From Clostridia bacterium (lineage in GTDB: Bacteria; Bacillota; DSM-521; Neomoorellales; SLTJ01), in the NCBI GenBank assembly GCA_004347685.1, contig SLTJ01000024.1, positions 107,401 to 171,400 on the forward strand: a stretch of DNA of 64,000 nucleotides, given 5' to 3'. The notes under the pieces were generated by a model. That model did not search any database. It had not been told where the DNA came from and saw only the letters and a list, made by a program, of their open reading frames with translations. How positions within the stretch are numbered: position 1 is the first letter of the stretch; every line of letters starts with the position of its first letter. Positions 8,954 to 19,110 of this stretch are shown piece by piece. Made by a program: the position numbers and the translations under genes.

Positions 8954-10924
8954 CTACTCTCCGTGCAGCTCGGCATACCCTTCTGTGTTCACCCTTTCGA
9001 GCCTGGCCCCCGCTTTAAGCAGGACACCGGGGTAAGCCCTATCGGCCCGGATATACTTGCCCTTCGGCACCTGGACCGTGGTGGCGCTTTCGGCCGGGCT
9101 TCCCAGTTCCCTGGCCAGCACGTTGCCCTGGGCGACGATATGCCCGCCCCGGAACACCCCCGGGGAGCCGGCGATGACCACGTCGCCGCCGGCCATAATA
9201 CTGCAGTTGTACGCCCCCTTACCACTGATGGTAACTTTACCGCTGGCCTGAAGGGTCGAGTTCTGGGCGTATACCACTGTTATGGAACTGGCCGTCTCGG
9301 AGTGAATCGCCACCTGGCCGGATAGCCCCTGAGCTTCCTGGTTCCAGCCCTCCACCATTTCCTGCAGGTCTTCCAAACGCTTGATTTGCAGTGGGTTCAG
9401 GCCGTCAAGTTGCCGGTACAGCCGCCCGGTGAGCTGGTACAGCTTTTCAACTTCTACCTCCACCTCCTCGCGCTGAAACTGCTTCAAGGCACCGCCCAGT
9501 TCGTGCAGGGCCTTGCCCAGATTGGGGTACCTGCTTTCCATGATGGCCTTTACCAGCACACCTTCACCCCGGATCTCCACCTGCACATTTTCCTTCAAGC
9601 CGGGGCTCTGCCGCGCCAGGTACAGGGTACGCAACAGGCCCTCCAGGTCGCGGGAAACTACGGAAATGGCGTTTACCAGCCCCTGGGCGGCGATGGCCGT
9701 GCCGCCAGCCTTCAGGATCGAGCCGAGCACGTTGTGGCCGACGAAGATATTACCTCCCGCGGTCAGCTCGGCGTTAGCCACAAAACCGGAAACCTGAATA
9801 TGGCCCCCGGCCTTAATGGACATGCCGTCAAGGACGTCGCCCTGAATCATTACGTCCCCCCGGAAATCTATTTTGCCCGTGTGAGCATCTACCTGGCCAG
9901 TGAGGGTATATAACGGGAGCACGGTGACCAGGTTCCCTTCCCGGGTGGGGCGCCCGGTGGCGGTGGCCACGGCTGTGTAGCCTTCGTCCCGGAGCTCGAC
10001 GCCCTTGCCGGCCCGCAGGACCATATCCCTGGGCGTGCCCGGGTTGATGACCTGGCCCAGGACGTTGGTCCCCGGCTTACCCTCCCGGGGCGGTATCTTG
10101 GTGGCCAACACCTCCCCCGGCTCCACACTGAGAACGAGGTGTTGCCCCAGGTAGTCGGTGCGCTCCTGAGAGGCCATTTCCTCCAGTTTCTTCTCAAAAT
10201 GGTAAATGACCTGGGCGTCAACCGGTGGCTCGGGTAATGTCCCCTGGGCCACCTGGATTTCCCTTCCGTGGTCCAGGGAAATGGCCATTTTCACCGCCTC
10301 CTGGTCAATGCCATGGACCACGCCGTGCTCCCTGAGGATGTCCATGACCTGCTCAAAGGTCACGGCAAAGGACTGCCGCTCCACCAGCATCCCCTCCACC
10401 ACCAGGTTGCTGGTGAAACCGGTATCCTTTATTTTGTACACTTCGCGGTCCTGGAACGTGACGCTTACGAAGGCCCGAAACTTGTCCGGGGACACGGTGA
10501 CGTTGACCTCAGCCCGTCCGGGAGTCTCATCTGCCGCCAGGGCCCAGCCCTCGGCCGAGGTTATGGGTGTGGGCGTGACGATTTCCTCTCCCTGGTACCA
10601 AATGTGAACATGCGGCCCCGGGGCTATGGTTGCGGGCCGGCCTGAACCTGCGGGCGGGATGACAATTAGCCCGCCGTCAACTATACCTGCCTGGCCGTCG
10701 CTGCTTTCTATACTTTCCGCAGCTCCGGCTCCGGCATCTTGCGGCGCCGGCGGCGTGACCCGGATACTGGCCGGCTGTGAGCCCAGGCCGAATACGCCCT
10801 GTCTCCCCGGGTCCAGCACTTCAATTTCCAGGAGTTCCCGTGATACGCCGAGGGCCTTTTCCGCCAGGGTTATGGCCTCTTCCACCGACTTACCGGTAAA
10901 AATTAGTGGGTTACTGGCTGCCAC
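8954..10924 (-). CDS. FapA/DUF342-family protein with an N-terminal Jag_N domain
   Basis: GKSVEEAI..LG..LEIEVLDPG..GVFGLG (Jag_N) followed by the DUF342 beta-helix region (GKIDFRGDVMIQGDV); start moved to GTG 10924 (SD AGGGGG), downstream of the riboswitch. Confidence 0.85.
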   Translation of the reverse strand: MAASNPLIFTGKSVEEAITLAEKALGVSRELLEIEVLDPGRQGVFGLGSQPASIRVTPPAPQDAGAGAAESIESSDGQAGIVDGGLIVIPPAGSGRPATIAPGPHVHIWYQGEEIVTPTPITSAEGWALAADETPGRAEVNVTVSPDKFRAFVSVTFQDREVYKIKDTGFTSNLVVEGMLVERQSFAVTFEQVMDILREHGVVHGIDQEAVKMAISLDHGREIQVAQGTLPEPPVDAQVIYHFEKKLEEMASQERTDYLGQHLVLSVEPGEVLATKIPPREGKPGTNVLGQVINPGTPRDMVLRAGKGVELRDEGYTAVATATGRPTREGNLVTVLPLYTLTGQVDAHTGKIDFRGDVMIQGDVLDGMSIKAGGHIQVSGFVANAELTAGGNIFVGHNVLGSILKAGGTAIAAQGLVNAISVVSRDLEGLLRTLYLARQSPGLKENVQVEIRGEGVLVKAIMESRYPNLGKALHELGGALKQFQREEVEVEVEKLYQLTGRLYRQLDGLNPLQIKRLEDLQEMVEGWNQEAQGLSGQVAIHSETASSITVVYAQNSTLQASGKVTISGKGAYNCSIMAGGDVVIAGSPGVFRGGHIVAQGNVLARELGSPAESATTVQVPKGKYIRADRAYPGVLLKAGARLERVNTEGYAELHGE

Positions 10925-10939
10925 CCTCGCCACCCCCTT

Positions 10940-10972
10940 AGAAAAAGAGCCTTCCCCACTTGCGGAGAGGCC
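10940..10972 (-). terminator. Intrinsic terminator, the expression platform of the c-di-GMP riboswitch
   Basis: Hairpin gcctctccgc-aa-gtggggaaggc followed by tcttttt. Confidence 0.6.
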
Positions 10973-10981
10973 TGTTGACCT

Positions 10982-11060
10982 CTGGCAGCCCGGCGGTCGT
11001 GGCATCAAGCTTTAGACCCGTGGCTTTGCGTCCTTGCCTTTCGACAAGTTTGCCTTTGGC
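10982..11060 (-). promoter_or_regulatory. c-di-GMP-I (GEMM) riboswitch
   Basis: Minus strand aaaGGCAAActtgtcGAAAggcaagGACGCAAAgccacGGgtCTAAa..CAcGAccGCCgggctGCC carries all the hallmark motifs. Confidence 0.93.
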
Positions 11061-11088
11061 AGGGGTGAAAGTGATCTTCAGTTATTCA

Positions 11089-11115
11089 CTTCGACAAATT
11101 CCTTATAATTCCTGC
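11089..11115 (-). promoter_or_regulatory. Sigma-H-like promoter upstream of the c-di-GMP riboswitch
   Basis: GCAGGAATT-N11-GTCGAAG against the consensus RNAGGAWWW-N11/12-RNNGAAT. Confidence 0.55.
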
Positions 11116-12272
11116 TGCACAGGCATATTTTTCCGGCGGTATTGGCTGAAAAATACCAGCAGGCCGGCCGGGCCGCTCAGGGCCGCGAGAAGATACATCC
11201 GGTTAAAGCCGACCAACTGAGAAATAACTCCGAGGAGTATTGAACCGGCGCCGATTCCCAGGTCGAAGGCGGAGAAAAAAGTGGCATTGGCGGCCCCCCG
11301 GCGCGTAGGGGGGGCCAGGTTAATAGTGAGGGCCTGGAGGATGGGCTGGGTGGCGCCGAAGCCGAGACCATTAAGAACGGCCGCCAGGACGAACCACCAG
11401 ATGTTTTGCGCCCCGGCCAGGACCAGCATGGCCAGGCTGATGAGGATCAGGCCGGGGACCACCACTGGGGCCGGGCCCTGGCGGTCCGCGATCACCCCGC
11501 TAACAGGACGCACTACCATCAGGACCAGGGCATAAATGGTGAAGTAGATGCCTATGTTGGCAATGCCCTTTTCCAAGGCGTACAGGGAAAGAAAGGATAC
11601 CACTCCCCCCCAGGTGAAGGTAATGAAGAACATGATCAGCGCCGGGGGCAGGGCCCTGGTTTCGAAGAGGGCCGGCTTAGCATCACCTCCCCGGGGTGCG
11701 GGCGGCACGCGCATGGCTGCCGCCAGGAGCAGGGCCAGTAGGGCCAGCAGGGAACTGGTGGTAAATAATTCGCCAAAACCAAACCGGTTGATGAGGAAAA
11801 GGCCGAGGGCCGGGGCTAGGGCCATGGCCAGGTTGTTAAACAGCCCGTAATAGCCCATGCCCTCCCCACGCCTGGAGGCCGGGATGAGATCAGCGGCGAT
11901 GGTACCGGCCGCGGTAGTGGAGCCGCCCCAGCCTATGCCGTGGATGACGCGCAGGAGCACCAGCCACAAAATGGCGCCAGCAAACTGATAGCTCGCGGCC
12001 ACGGCCACAAAAACGGCCAGGCCGGTTAGAAAGATGCCCTTGCGTCCGCGCCGGTCCAGTTCCAGGCCCAGCCACGGACGTACGGCCACCGCGGCCACGG
12101 TGAAGATTCCAGTGATCATGCCGATCATGCTTTCCCGTCCCCCGAGTTTTCCCACATAAACAGGCAGGGTCGGCATAAGCATTTGAAATGCCATGAAGAT
12201 AACGAAGTTAACGACACAGATAAGGACAAAATCCCGGGTCCACAGACGCTGCGGGCTCTCTAGTTCTGACAT
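11103..12272 (-). CDS. MFS transporter
   Basis: About 12 TM helices; LWTRDF N-terminus, DRRGRK motif A, RRGEGMGYYG. Confidence 0.93.
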   Translation of the reverse strand: MSELESPQRLWTRDFVLICVVNFVIFMAFQMLMPTLPVYVGKLGGRESMIGMITGIFTVAAVAVRPWLGLELDRRGRKGIFLTGLAVFVAVAASYQFAGAILWLVLLRVIHGIGWGGSTTAAGTIAADLIPASRRGEGMGYYGLFNNLAMALAPALGLFLINRFGFGELFTTSSLLALLALLLAAAMRVPPAPRGGDAKPALFETRALPPALIMFFITFTWGGVVSFLSLYALEKGIANIGIYFTIYALVLMVVRPVSGVIADRQGPAPVVVPGLILISLAMLVLAGAQNIWWFVLAAVLNGLGFGATQPILQALTINLAPPTRRGAANATFFSAFDLGIGAGSILLGVISQLVGFNRMYLLAALSGPAGLLVFFSQYRRKNMPVQQEL

Positions 12273-12282
12273 TGACAGGCCT

Positions 12283-12317
12283 CCCTGAAATTAGAGGTGA
12301 GAGGTTGGGGGTTAGAA
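12283..12317 (+). repeat. Dispersed repeat family, copy 1 (left part only)
   Basis: ccctgaaattagaggtgagaggttgggggttagaa, shared with 32772, 37330 and 50761. Confidence 0.7.
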
Positions 12318-12329
12318 CTCGCGGTGAAA

Positions 12330-13118
12330 CTAGCTGGTATTCATCATGCCGCGATGCGACTGTTTGTATAGCTTGATAAAGTTGAAAATGAACCGGAGTT
12401 CTTCCTCCGTGCAATTACACACCAGGCGGAGCACGCTCTGCACCTGGGGGTCTCCTAGCAATTCGCGCAGATCGGGTCCCATCATTTCCAGCATGCTGCC
12501 TGAATCCGCGTCATCAACGATAAGGTAACAAGGGGAGATGCCCATAACACCGGCCAGTTTTTCGATGGTCTGCAAAGACGGTTGTACCCGCCCGTGTTCT
12601 ATTTGCCCTACCAGCCCTGGGGAAACGCCGGCACTCCGGGCCAGGGCCGCCTGTGACAGCCCCTGTTCCTCCCGCGCCCGGCGCAATTTCTGTCCCATGG
12701 CCCCGCCGGGACCCACCAGGGTTGACACCGAAACCTTCAAGGTGCCAGCTAAGGCCTTCAGGGTATGGACGGCCGGGTAGACGTTGTCCCGCTCGATCTC
12801 GCTCAGATATGAAGGAGAGATGCTTACCTTCTCGGCCAATTCCGAAAGGCTCAGGCCGCGTTCTTCCCGGATCACGCGCAATCTCTCTCCTAGAGATACG
12901 GTTACTCCGGTAGTGTCTTCCAAAAGCTGGCTTCTGGGAGTATTAAGGCCGCCGGCTATCTTCTCCAGGGTTTTAAGGGAAGGCGTCTTGGCCCCCCGCT
13001 CTATTTCACTTAGGTAAGACACCGAAAGCTGGGTTTGCTGCGCCAATTCCGCGAGCGACAGGCCGCGATCTTCCCGGAGCTGGCGAATGTACTGTCCCTT
13101 GACCTTCAAGCTACCCAC
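12330..13118 (-). CDS. XRE-family regulator with three tandem HTH domains
   Basis: Three Cro/C1 HTH repeats (LSVSYLSEIERG, ISPSYLSEIERD, VSPGLVGQIEHG) and a helical C-terminus. Confidence 0.92.
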   Translation of the reverse strand: MGSLKVKGQYIRQLREDRGLSLAELAQQTQLSVSYLSEIERGAKTPSLKTLEKIAGGLNTPRSQLLEDTTGVTVSLGERLRVIREERGLSLSELAEKVSISPSYLSEIERDNVYPAVHTLKALAGTLKVSVSTLVGPGGAMGQKLRRAREEQGLSQAALARSAGVSPGLVGQIEHGRVQPSLQTIEKLAGVMGISPCYLIVDDADSGSMLEMMGPDLRELLGDPQVQSVLRLVCNCTEEELRFIFNFIKLYKQSHRGMMNTS

Positions 13119-13139
13119 CCCGTCTCTAAAATCAAACCT

Positions 13140-13169
13140 ATCCTACTCCAACATGGCGGCTATTGTCAA
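13140..13169 (-). promoter_or_regulatory. Sigma-A promoter of the XRE gene
   Basis: TTGACA-N18-TAGGAT. Confidence 0.6.
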
Positions 13170-13228
13170 GGAGTTGCTTCATCGCTTTCGTCGTACCCAT
13201 TGGCCGTAACGGGGGCTCGATCGGAGGC

Positions 13229-13259
13229 GTGGTTGTGCTGGTTGTGGTTGTTGTGGTTG
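13229..13259. repeat. Short tandem repeat with roughly 9-bp period
   Basis: gtggttgtg ctggttgtg gttgttgtg gttg. Confidence 0.6.
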
Positions 13260-13274
13260 AGGAAGGCATTTGCG

Positions 13275-13312
13275 AGAAAAATGGCCAGGAGGCACCGCCG
13301 GGCCTCCTGGCC
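13275..13312 (-). terminator. Intrinsic terminator of the CBM gene
   Basis: Perfect stem ggccaggagg/cctcctggcc followed by atttttct on the minus strand. Confidence 0.75.
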
Positions 13313-13330
13313 TGACTTCGCTGGTGTGGT

Positions 13331-13621
13331 TCAGGAAATATCGCACTTCCAGTTCCAGCCGTTGTTGTTGTCCCAGTTGTTGGCGCTGTCCTTGAAACAG
13401 AAATTGATTTCCCGATTGCCGCCGGCCACGATGGTGGCATGGAAGCTGCTGTCGAAATCCCGGGACATGGGCACGGTGGCCGTGGTATTCCAGCCGTCAA
13501 AACCGTAATGCAGCCACATGTTATCCGCGCCGGAGTTAGCCAGCAGGCCTTTATACGCGATGGTGACATTCTGCCCCTTGCGGGCTGGGGCCGGTTCAAC
13601 GGCTATGCGGTTATCAAACAT
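13331..13621 (-). CDS. Stand-alone starch/carbohydrate-binding module protein (CBM25/CBM53-like)
   Basis: VTIAYKGLLA..WLHYGFDGW..NFCFKDSANNWDNNNG.NW; ATG 13621 with SD. Confidence 0.8.
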   Translation of the reverse strand: MFDNRIAVEPAPARKGQNVTIAYKGLLANSGADNMWLHYGFDGWNTTATVPMSRDFDSSFHATIVAGGNREINFCFKDSANNWDNNNGWNWKCDIS

Positions 13622-13782
13622 GCGTTCACCCCCTTTCGTCTTCAACTTCTAACGCTATTAAATTGTGCCGGGGACGGGCTCCGGTAGTCTAGAAAATCTC
13701 TCCACGGCTAGCAGGATATGAACAACACACGTAGAAATAGCTACGTTGGTTGATAAAAAACAGCAAAAAGGGGGATGCAGGA

Positions 13783-14193
13783 TTGATTACCAAGGTGTAT
13801 GGCGCTAATATTGCGGTCAAAGACCTGGACGCAGCCGTGAAAAAGTACGAGGACTTGCTGGGCATCAAGCCCTTCAAATTCATGGGGGAGGGGGATTTTG
13901 CATTTCCCGGTCTGAAAGGCGCGGCCTTTAATATTGACGGTTTCATCCTTCATCTTATCGCCTCTGACGACCCGGGCACGTCAATTTCCAAGTTCGTGGA
14001 AAGCCGGGGAGAAGGTGTGTTCCTGCTGTCGCTAAAATCGGATAACGTGGCGGAAGACATGAAGCGGATGGAGGCAGGCGGAGCCAAGTTTGCCCTTCCC
14101 GAGCCGGCCCGGGGTGACTTTGGCGAGGTCAACTTCGTCCATCCTAAATCGGCGCACGGAGTGCAGTTGGAGGTATACAACCCGAAGGAATAA
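13783..14193 (+). CDS. VOC/glyoxalase-family protein, methylmalonyl-CoA epimerase-like
   Basis: IAVKDLDAAVKKYEDLLG, ISKFVESRGEG, NFVHPKSAHGVQLE; TTG start after a GGGGGA SD. Confidence 0.85.
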   Translation: MITKVYGANIAVKDLDAAVKKYEDLLGIKPFKFMGEGDFAFPGLKGAAFNIDGFILHLIASDDPGTSISKFVESRGEGVFLLSLKSDNVAEDMKRMEAGGAKFALPEPARGDFGEVNFVHPKSAHGVQLEVYNPKE

Positions 14194-14260
14194 ACCTGCG
14201 CGGCTTCGTCCTGGCCCTGGGATGGCCTCTGCCGGCTATCTGCGGGGCCATGTTCTTTTG

Positions 14261-15658
14261 CTACCAGATGCGTCTGGCTACCCGGGCCAGTTGATTCAAA
14301 TTGCGGCATTCGTATACCTGGTGGCAGCGCATAGCGTAAAGGGGCATCAGGCTGTCCTCGCGTCCCCAGGTGTCCCGGGGACATGGGTTGAGCCAGTACG
14401 TCCGGCGGCACCTGCCGGTGATCTGCTGCCAGTGCTCCTCCCCTGGGGGACGCCAGTTATTGCGGGCATCCCCCAGGACAATCAGCGTGGTGCGGGGGGA
14501 GAGGAGGTGGAGATAGTCCCGGGCAAAGGCCTGGAATACCCGCCCGAAGTCGGAGAACCCCGAACGGGAAAAGCAGGTTTCCTTTTCCACCAGTTCCAGG
14601 GCCCGTGGTAAAGGGTGACGCTGGAAGTAAGGCGTGACTTCAGCCAGATCATCTACAAAGACAAAGGAGCGAACCCGGCTGAACCGCCGTTGCAGGCTGT
14701 AGGTGAGCTGCAGCATGAATTTGCTGAACCGGGCCACCGAATTGGAAACGTCGCACAGCAACAGCAGTTCCGGACGCCCCGGCCGATGGTTCCGGTGAGC
14801 TAGGCGTAGAGGGATGCCCCCGGTACTCCCGGCCTGCGCGGCGGTGCGGCGCAGGTCAACCTGCCCGCGGGCCGAGGCCCGGTACCTCCGGCCACGGCGG
14901 GTCGCCAGTCTGCGGCAGAGGCGGTAAATCTGGCGCTCAACTGTTTTAACTTCGTGGGTGGAAAGAAGCTGGAAATCCTTGGCGGCCAGATTTTTGTTTT
15001 GTAATACGGCTAGGAGACCTGAACGTCCGAACCGACGGCTGATATTTCTCTCAATTTCATCTTCGATTACCAGGGAGAGGTGATCCAGCCGCTCCCGGTA
15101 CCGCTGGAGTTCTGAGGGTGAAAGTTCCCCCTGTTGGTATTTGTGCTCCCATTCGTATTCTGTCATGAACCAGTTGAGGGCTATCTGCACCCTTCTCACC
15201 AGGCCGGGGATATCGGCTAAATCCTCGGTGCCCAGCGGCATGGCTGCTGTTGTCCGGGCCACGAAATCGTAACCGGCCGCCATGTCTCCCCTGGCCACGA
15301 CGGCGGCGAAATCTTCGTCTCCAGGGCCGCCGGCGCCGCTGTGGCCGAGGCCGCGACCATCATGGGCTTCGGCCCGCTCCTTGGCGGCCGCCGGGCCGGC
15401 GGGCAGGCGGCCGGCAGGGGTGACGAGACCCGCCGGCCCGTTACTCCCCGGCTCCAGGAGATGGACCAGCAGGCTGCGCACCACCGTGTCCTGTTCCGGG
15501 CTCTTGGCCAGGGTCGCTTCTACCGCGGAGAAAAAGTCTTCTTTGCGGCTGAGGTCAATGAGCTCTAGGCTCCGCAGGCAGTCCAGCACTTCTGCCGGGC
15601 TCACCCCGACCCCGACCTGCCGCAAGATCCGCACTATTTGGACCATTGCCTGCTCCAT
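14261..15658 (-). CDS. VWA-domain CoxE-like protein
   Basis: DLRRT, MIDAS motif CDVSNSV, LGDARNN, YWLNP. Confidence 0.88.
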   Translation of the reverse strand: MEQAMVQIVRILRQVGVGVSPAEVLDCLRSLELIDLSRKEDFFSAVEATLAKSPEQDTVVRSLLVHLLEPGSNGPAGLVTPAGRLPAGPAAAKERAEAHDGRGLGHSGAGGPGDEDFAAVVARGDMAAGYDFVARTTAAMPLGTEDLADIPGLVRRVQIALNWFMTEYEWEHKYQQGELSPSELQRYRERLDHLSLVIEDEIERNISRRFGRSGLLAVLQNKNLAAKDFQLLSTHEVKTVERQIYRLCRRLATRRGRRYRASARGQVDLRRTAAQAGSTGGIPLRLAHRNHRPGRPELLLLCDVSNSVARFSKFMLQLTYSLQRRFSRVRSFVFVDDLAEVTPYFQRHPLPRALELVEKETCFSRSGFSDFGRVFQAFARDYLHLLSPRTTLIVLGDARNNWRPPGEEHWQQITGRCRRTYWLNPCPRDTWGREDSLMPLYAMRCHQVYECRNLNQLARVARRIW

Positions 15659-15708
15659 GCCGTCCCTCCTGATCCGGGTAATTGCCCTCGCCCTGTATCA
15701 ACGCGGGC

Positions 15709-16599
15709 CTAGCCGCAGTTCGGCAGGTTAGGTACCCACAGGTCCACCTTCCGGTAAGCCAGCTCCAGGTCCTCCTGGTACTTCAGCAGGACCGGCAGGG
15801 TATCGGCCACCACCGCGGCATCAAGATCCATTACCCCCAGGGCCGCGAGGCTCTGGGCCCAATCCAGGGTTTCGGCTATGCTGGGCGGCTTTTTCAGTTG
15901 CTGCCGCCTCACCTGACACACAAACTCCGCGATCTGGCCGGTCAGGCGCGCGCCTATGCCGGGGAGCTTGTTCCTGATGATTTCTGTCTCCAGCCGGGGC
16001 TCCGGGTAATCCAGGTAAAGATAAACGCACCGCCGTCTGAGGGCATCGCCGAGCTCGCGGGTGGCGTTGCTGGTGAGAATCACCTGCGGCCGCTGTCCGG
16101 CCTTGACAGTGCCCAATTCGGGAATGGAAACCTGGAATTCTGACAGGGCTTCCAGAAGAAAGGCCTCAAACTCCTCGTCCGCCTTATCCACCTCGTCAAC
16201 CAGCAAAATGGTGGGGGATTCGGCCAGCAGGGCCGCGAGCAGCGGGCGAGGAAGCAGGAACTCCTGGGAATAAAGCTGGCCCTTGATTTCTGCCCATTCG
16301 CCGCCCTGTCCCTGGTGGGCCTGGAGGAAAAGAAGTTGTTTATGGTAGTTCCACTCATAAAGGGCTTTGGCCTCGTCCAGCCCCTCATAGCATTGGAGGC
16401 GGATGAGCTGGTGGCGGGTGACCCTGGCCAGGGCGCTGGCCAGCTCTGTCTTTCCTACCCCGGCCGGGCCTTCAACCAGCAGGGGTTTGCCCAGGGCCAG
16501 GGCCAGGTATACAGCTACCCCGCCCCGCCGCTCCAGCAGGTAACCGTCACTCGCCAGGGCCACCAAGGTTTCGTCTACACTGCCGAACAATAAGCCCAC
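15709..16599 (-). CDS. MoxR-family AAA+ ATPase (CoxD-like)
   Basis: Walker A GPAGVGKT, RLQCYEGLD, Walker B LVDEVDKAD, ALRRRC. Confidence 0.93.
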   Translation of the reverse strand: MGLLFGSVDETLVALASDGYLLERRGGVAVYLALALGKPLLVEGPAGVGKTELASALARVTRHQLIRLQCYEGLDEAKALYEWNYHKQLLFLQAHQGQGGEWAEIKGQLYSQEFLLPRPLLAALLAESPTILLVDEVDKADEEFEAFLLEALSEFQVSIPELGTVKAGQRPQVILTSNATRELGDALRRRCVYLYLDYPEPRLETEIIRNKLPGIGARLTGQIAEFVCQVRRQQLKKPPSIAETLDWAQSLAALGVMDLDAAVVADTLPVLLKYQEDLELAYRKVDLWVPNLPNCG

Positions 16600-16632
16600 T
16601 CCTTCGGGCTGAGATTTGCCCGCATTTCGCGT

Positions 16633-18141
<1,509 letters not shown>

Positions 18142-18172
18142 TTACCGGCCGGAGACAAGAAGGTAGCGTAAC

Positions 18173-18418
18173 TCAATCCTGCCCTTCGACGGAATGCAGG
18201 CCGTAGTGCTGAAAGTGCCGTCGTAGGTTGGCCACGGCCTCCGGGGGGATGTCCAGTTCGGCGGCCATTTCGGTGTCGGTGGCCTGGCGGGCCAGGCCGG
18301 CAATGAACCGGTCAAAGTCCACCCCGATTTCCCGCGCCTTATCCTGCAAACTCAACCCTCGGTCCCAGGGAACCCTGGCGCGATATTCCTGCACCTGTAT
18401 CACCTCTGTAGTAGCCAT
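18173..18418 (-). CDS. Small hypothetical protein with an HTH-like segment
   Basis: 81 aa ORF in operon orientation; DTEMAAELDIPPEAVANLRRHF. Confidence 0.6.
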   Translation of the reverse strand: MATTEVIQVQEYRARVPWDRGLSLQDKAREIGVDFDRFIAGLARQATDTEMAAELDIPPEAVANLRRHFQHYGLHSVEGQD

Positions 18419-18456
18419 AAGAAGCCTGGGCCGCCCGCGGCGGTGCCAGCCTCCAA

Positions 18457-19110
18457 TTATAGCCCTTCCCCATCAGGCTCCGGTCCATGCGCGTGCTCCA
18501 GGTGGTGAGCGTCATTGAATAGGGTAAGAATGGGACGGCCGTCGTAGAAATCTATGATGTTTACCGCGGTGTTATCCTGGGCCAGGCCCCACAACCGGTC
18601 CAGGGACAGATCGAGGAGGCCGCAGAGGATAGTCCGGATAGTTCCACCGTGGGAAACTACCAGGAGGTTCTTGTCCGGGTGTCTGGCTACCAGGTCGGTG
18701 ATTACGCGGCAGGCCCGCTCCTGGACTTCAGCGAACCTTTCTCCTTGGGGAATACCCACCTGGCCGGGATTTAGACGCCACTGGGTGGCTATCCCGGCGT
18801 ACTTCTCGTTAATTTCCTGGAAAGTAAGACCTTCCCAGAGGCCGAAATTGACTTCCCGCAACTCCATCAGCGGTGTTACTGGCTGGCCATAGGCAGCGGC
18901 CACTATTTGAGCCGTCTCGAAGGCCCGGGAAAGGTCGCTGGCGTAAAAGAAATGCAAATCCTTGTCGGCCAGTCTTTTGGCCAGCAGTCTCGCTTGCTGG
19001 CGGCCTGCATCGCTGAGGGCCACATTGCTATGGCCTTGATACTGGCCATGTTTATTCCAACCGGTGCTGGCATGGCGGACCAGGTACAGTCGGGTCACCT
19101 CTCTACCCAC
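18457..19110 (-). CDS. cobC: Alpha-ribazole phosphatase (histidine phosphatase)
   Basis: LVRHA, SDLSRA, EVNFGLWEG, VSHGG; lies in the cob operon. Confidence 0.88.
   Translation of the reverse strand: MGREVTRLYLVRHASTGWNKHGQYQGHSNVALSDAGRQQARLLAKRLADKDLHFFYASDLSRAFETAQIVAAAYGQPVTPLMELREVNFGLWEGLTFQEINEKYAGIATQWRLNPGQVGIPQGERFAEVQERACRVITDLVARHPDKNLLVVSHGGTIRTILCGLLDLSLDRLWGLAQDNTAVNIIDFYDGRPILTLFNDAHHLEHAHGPEPDGEGL

Noticed and set aside
11040-11096. Two TTCGACA (Spo0A box) matches upstream of fapA, plus one at 47299
   Set aside because: One is the riboswitch P2 stem with its GAAA loop; the others coincide with sigma-H -10 elements, which explains them more simply.
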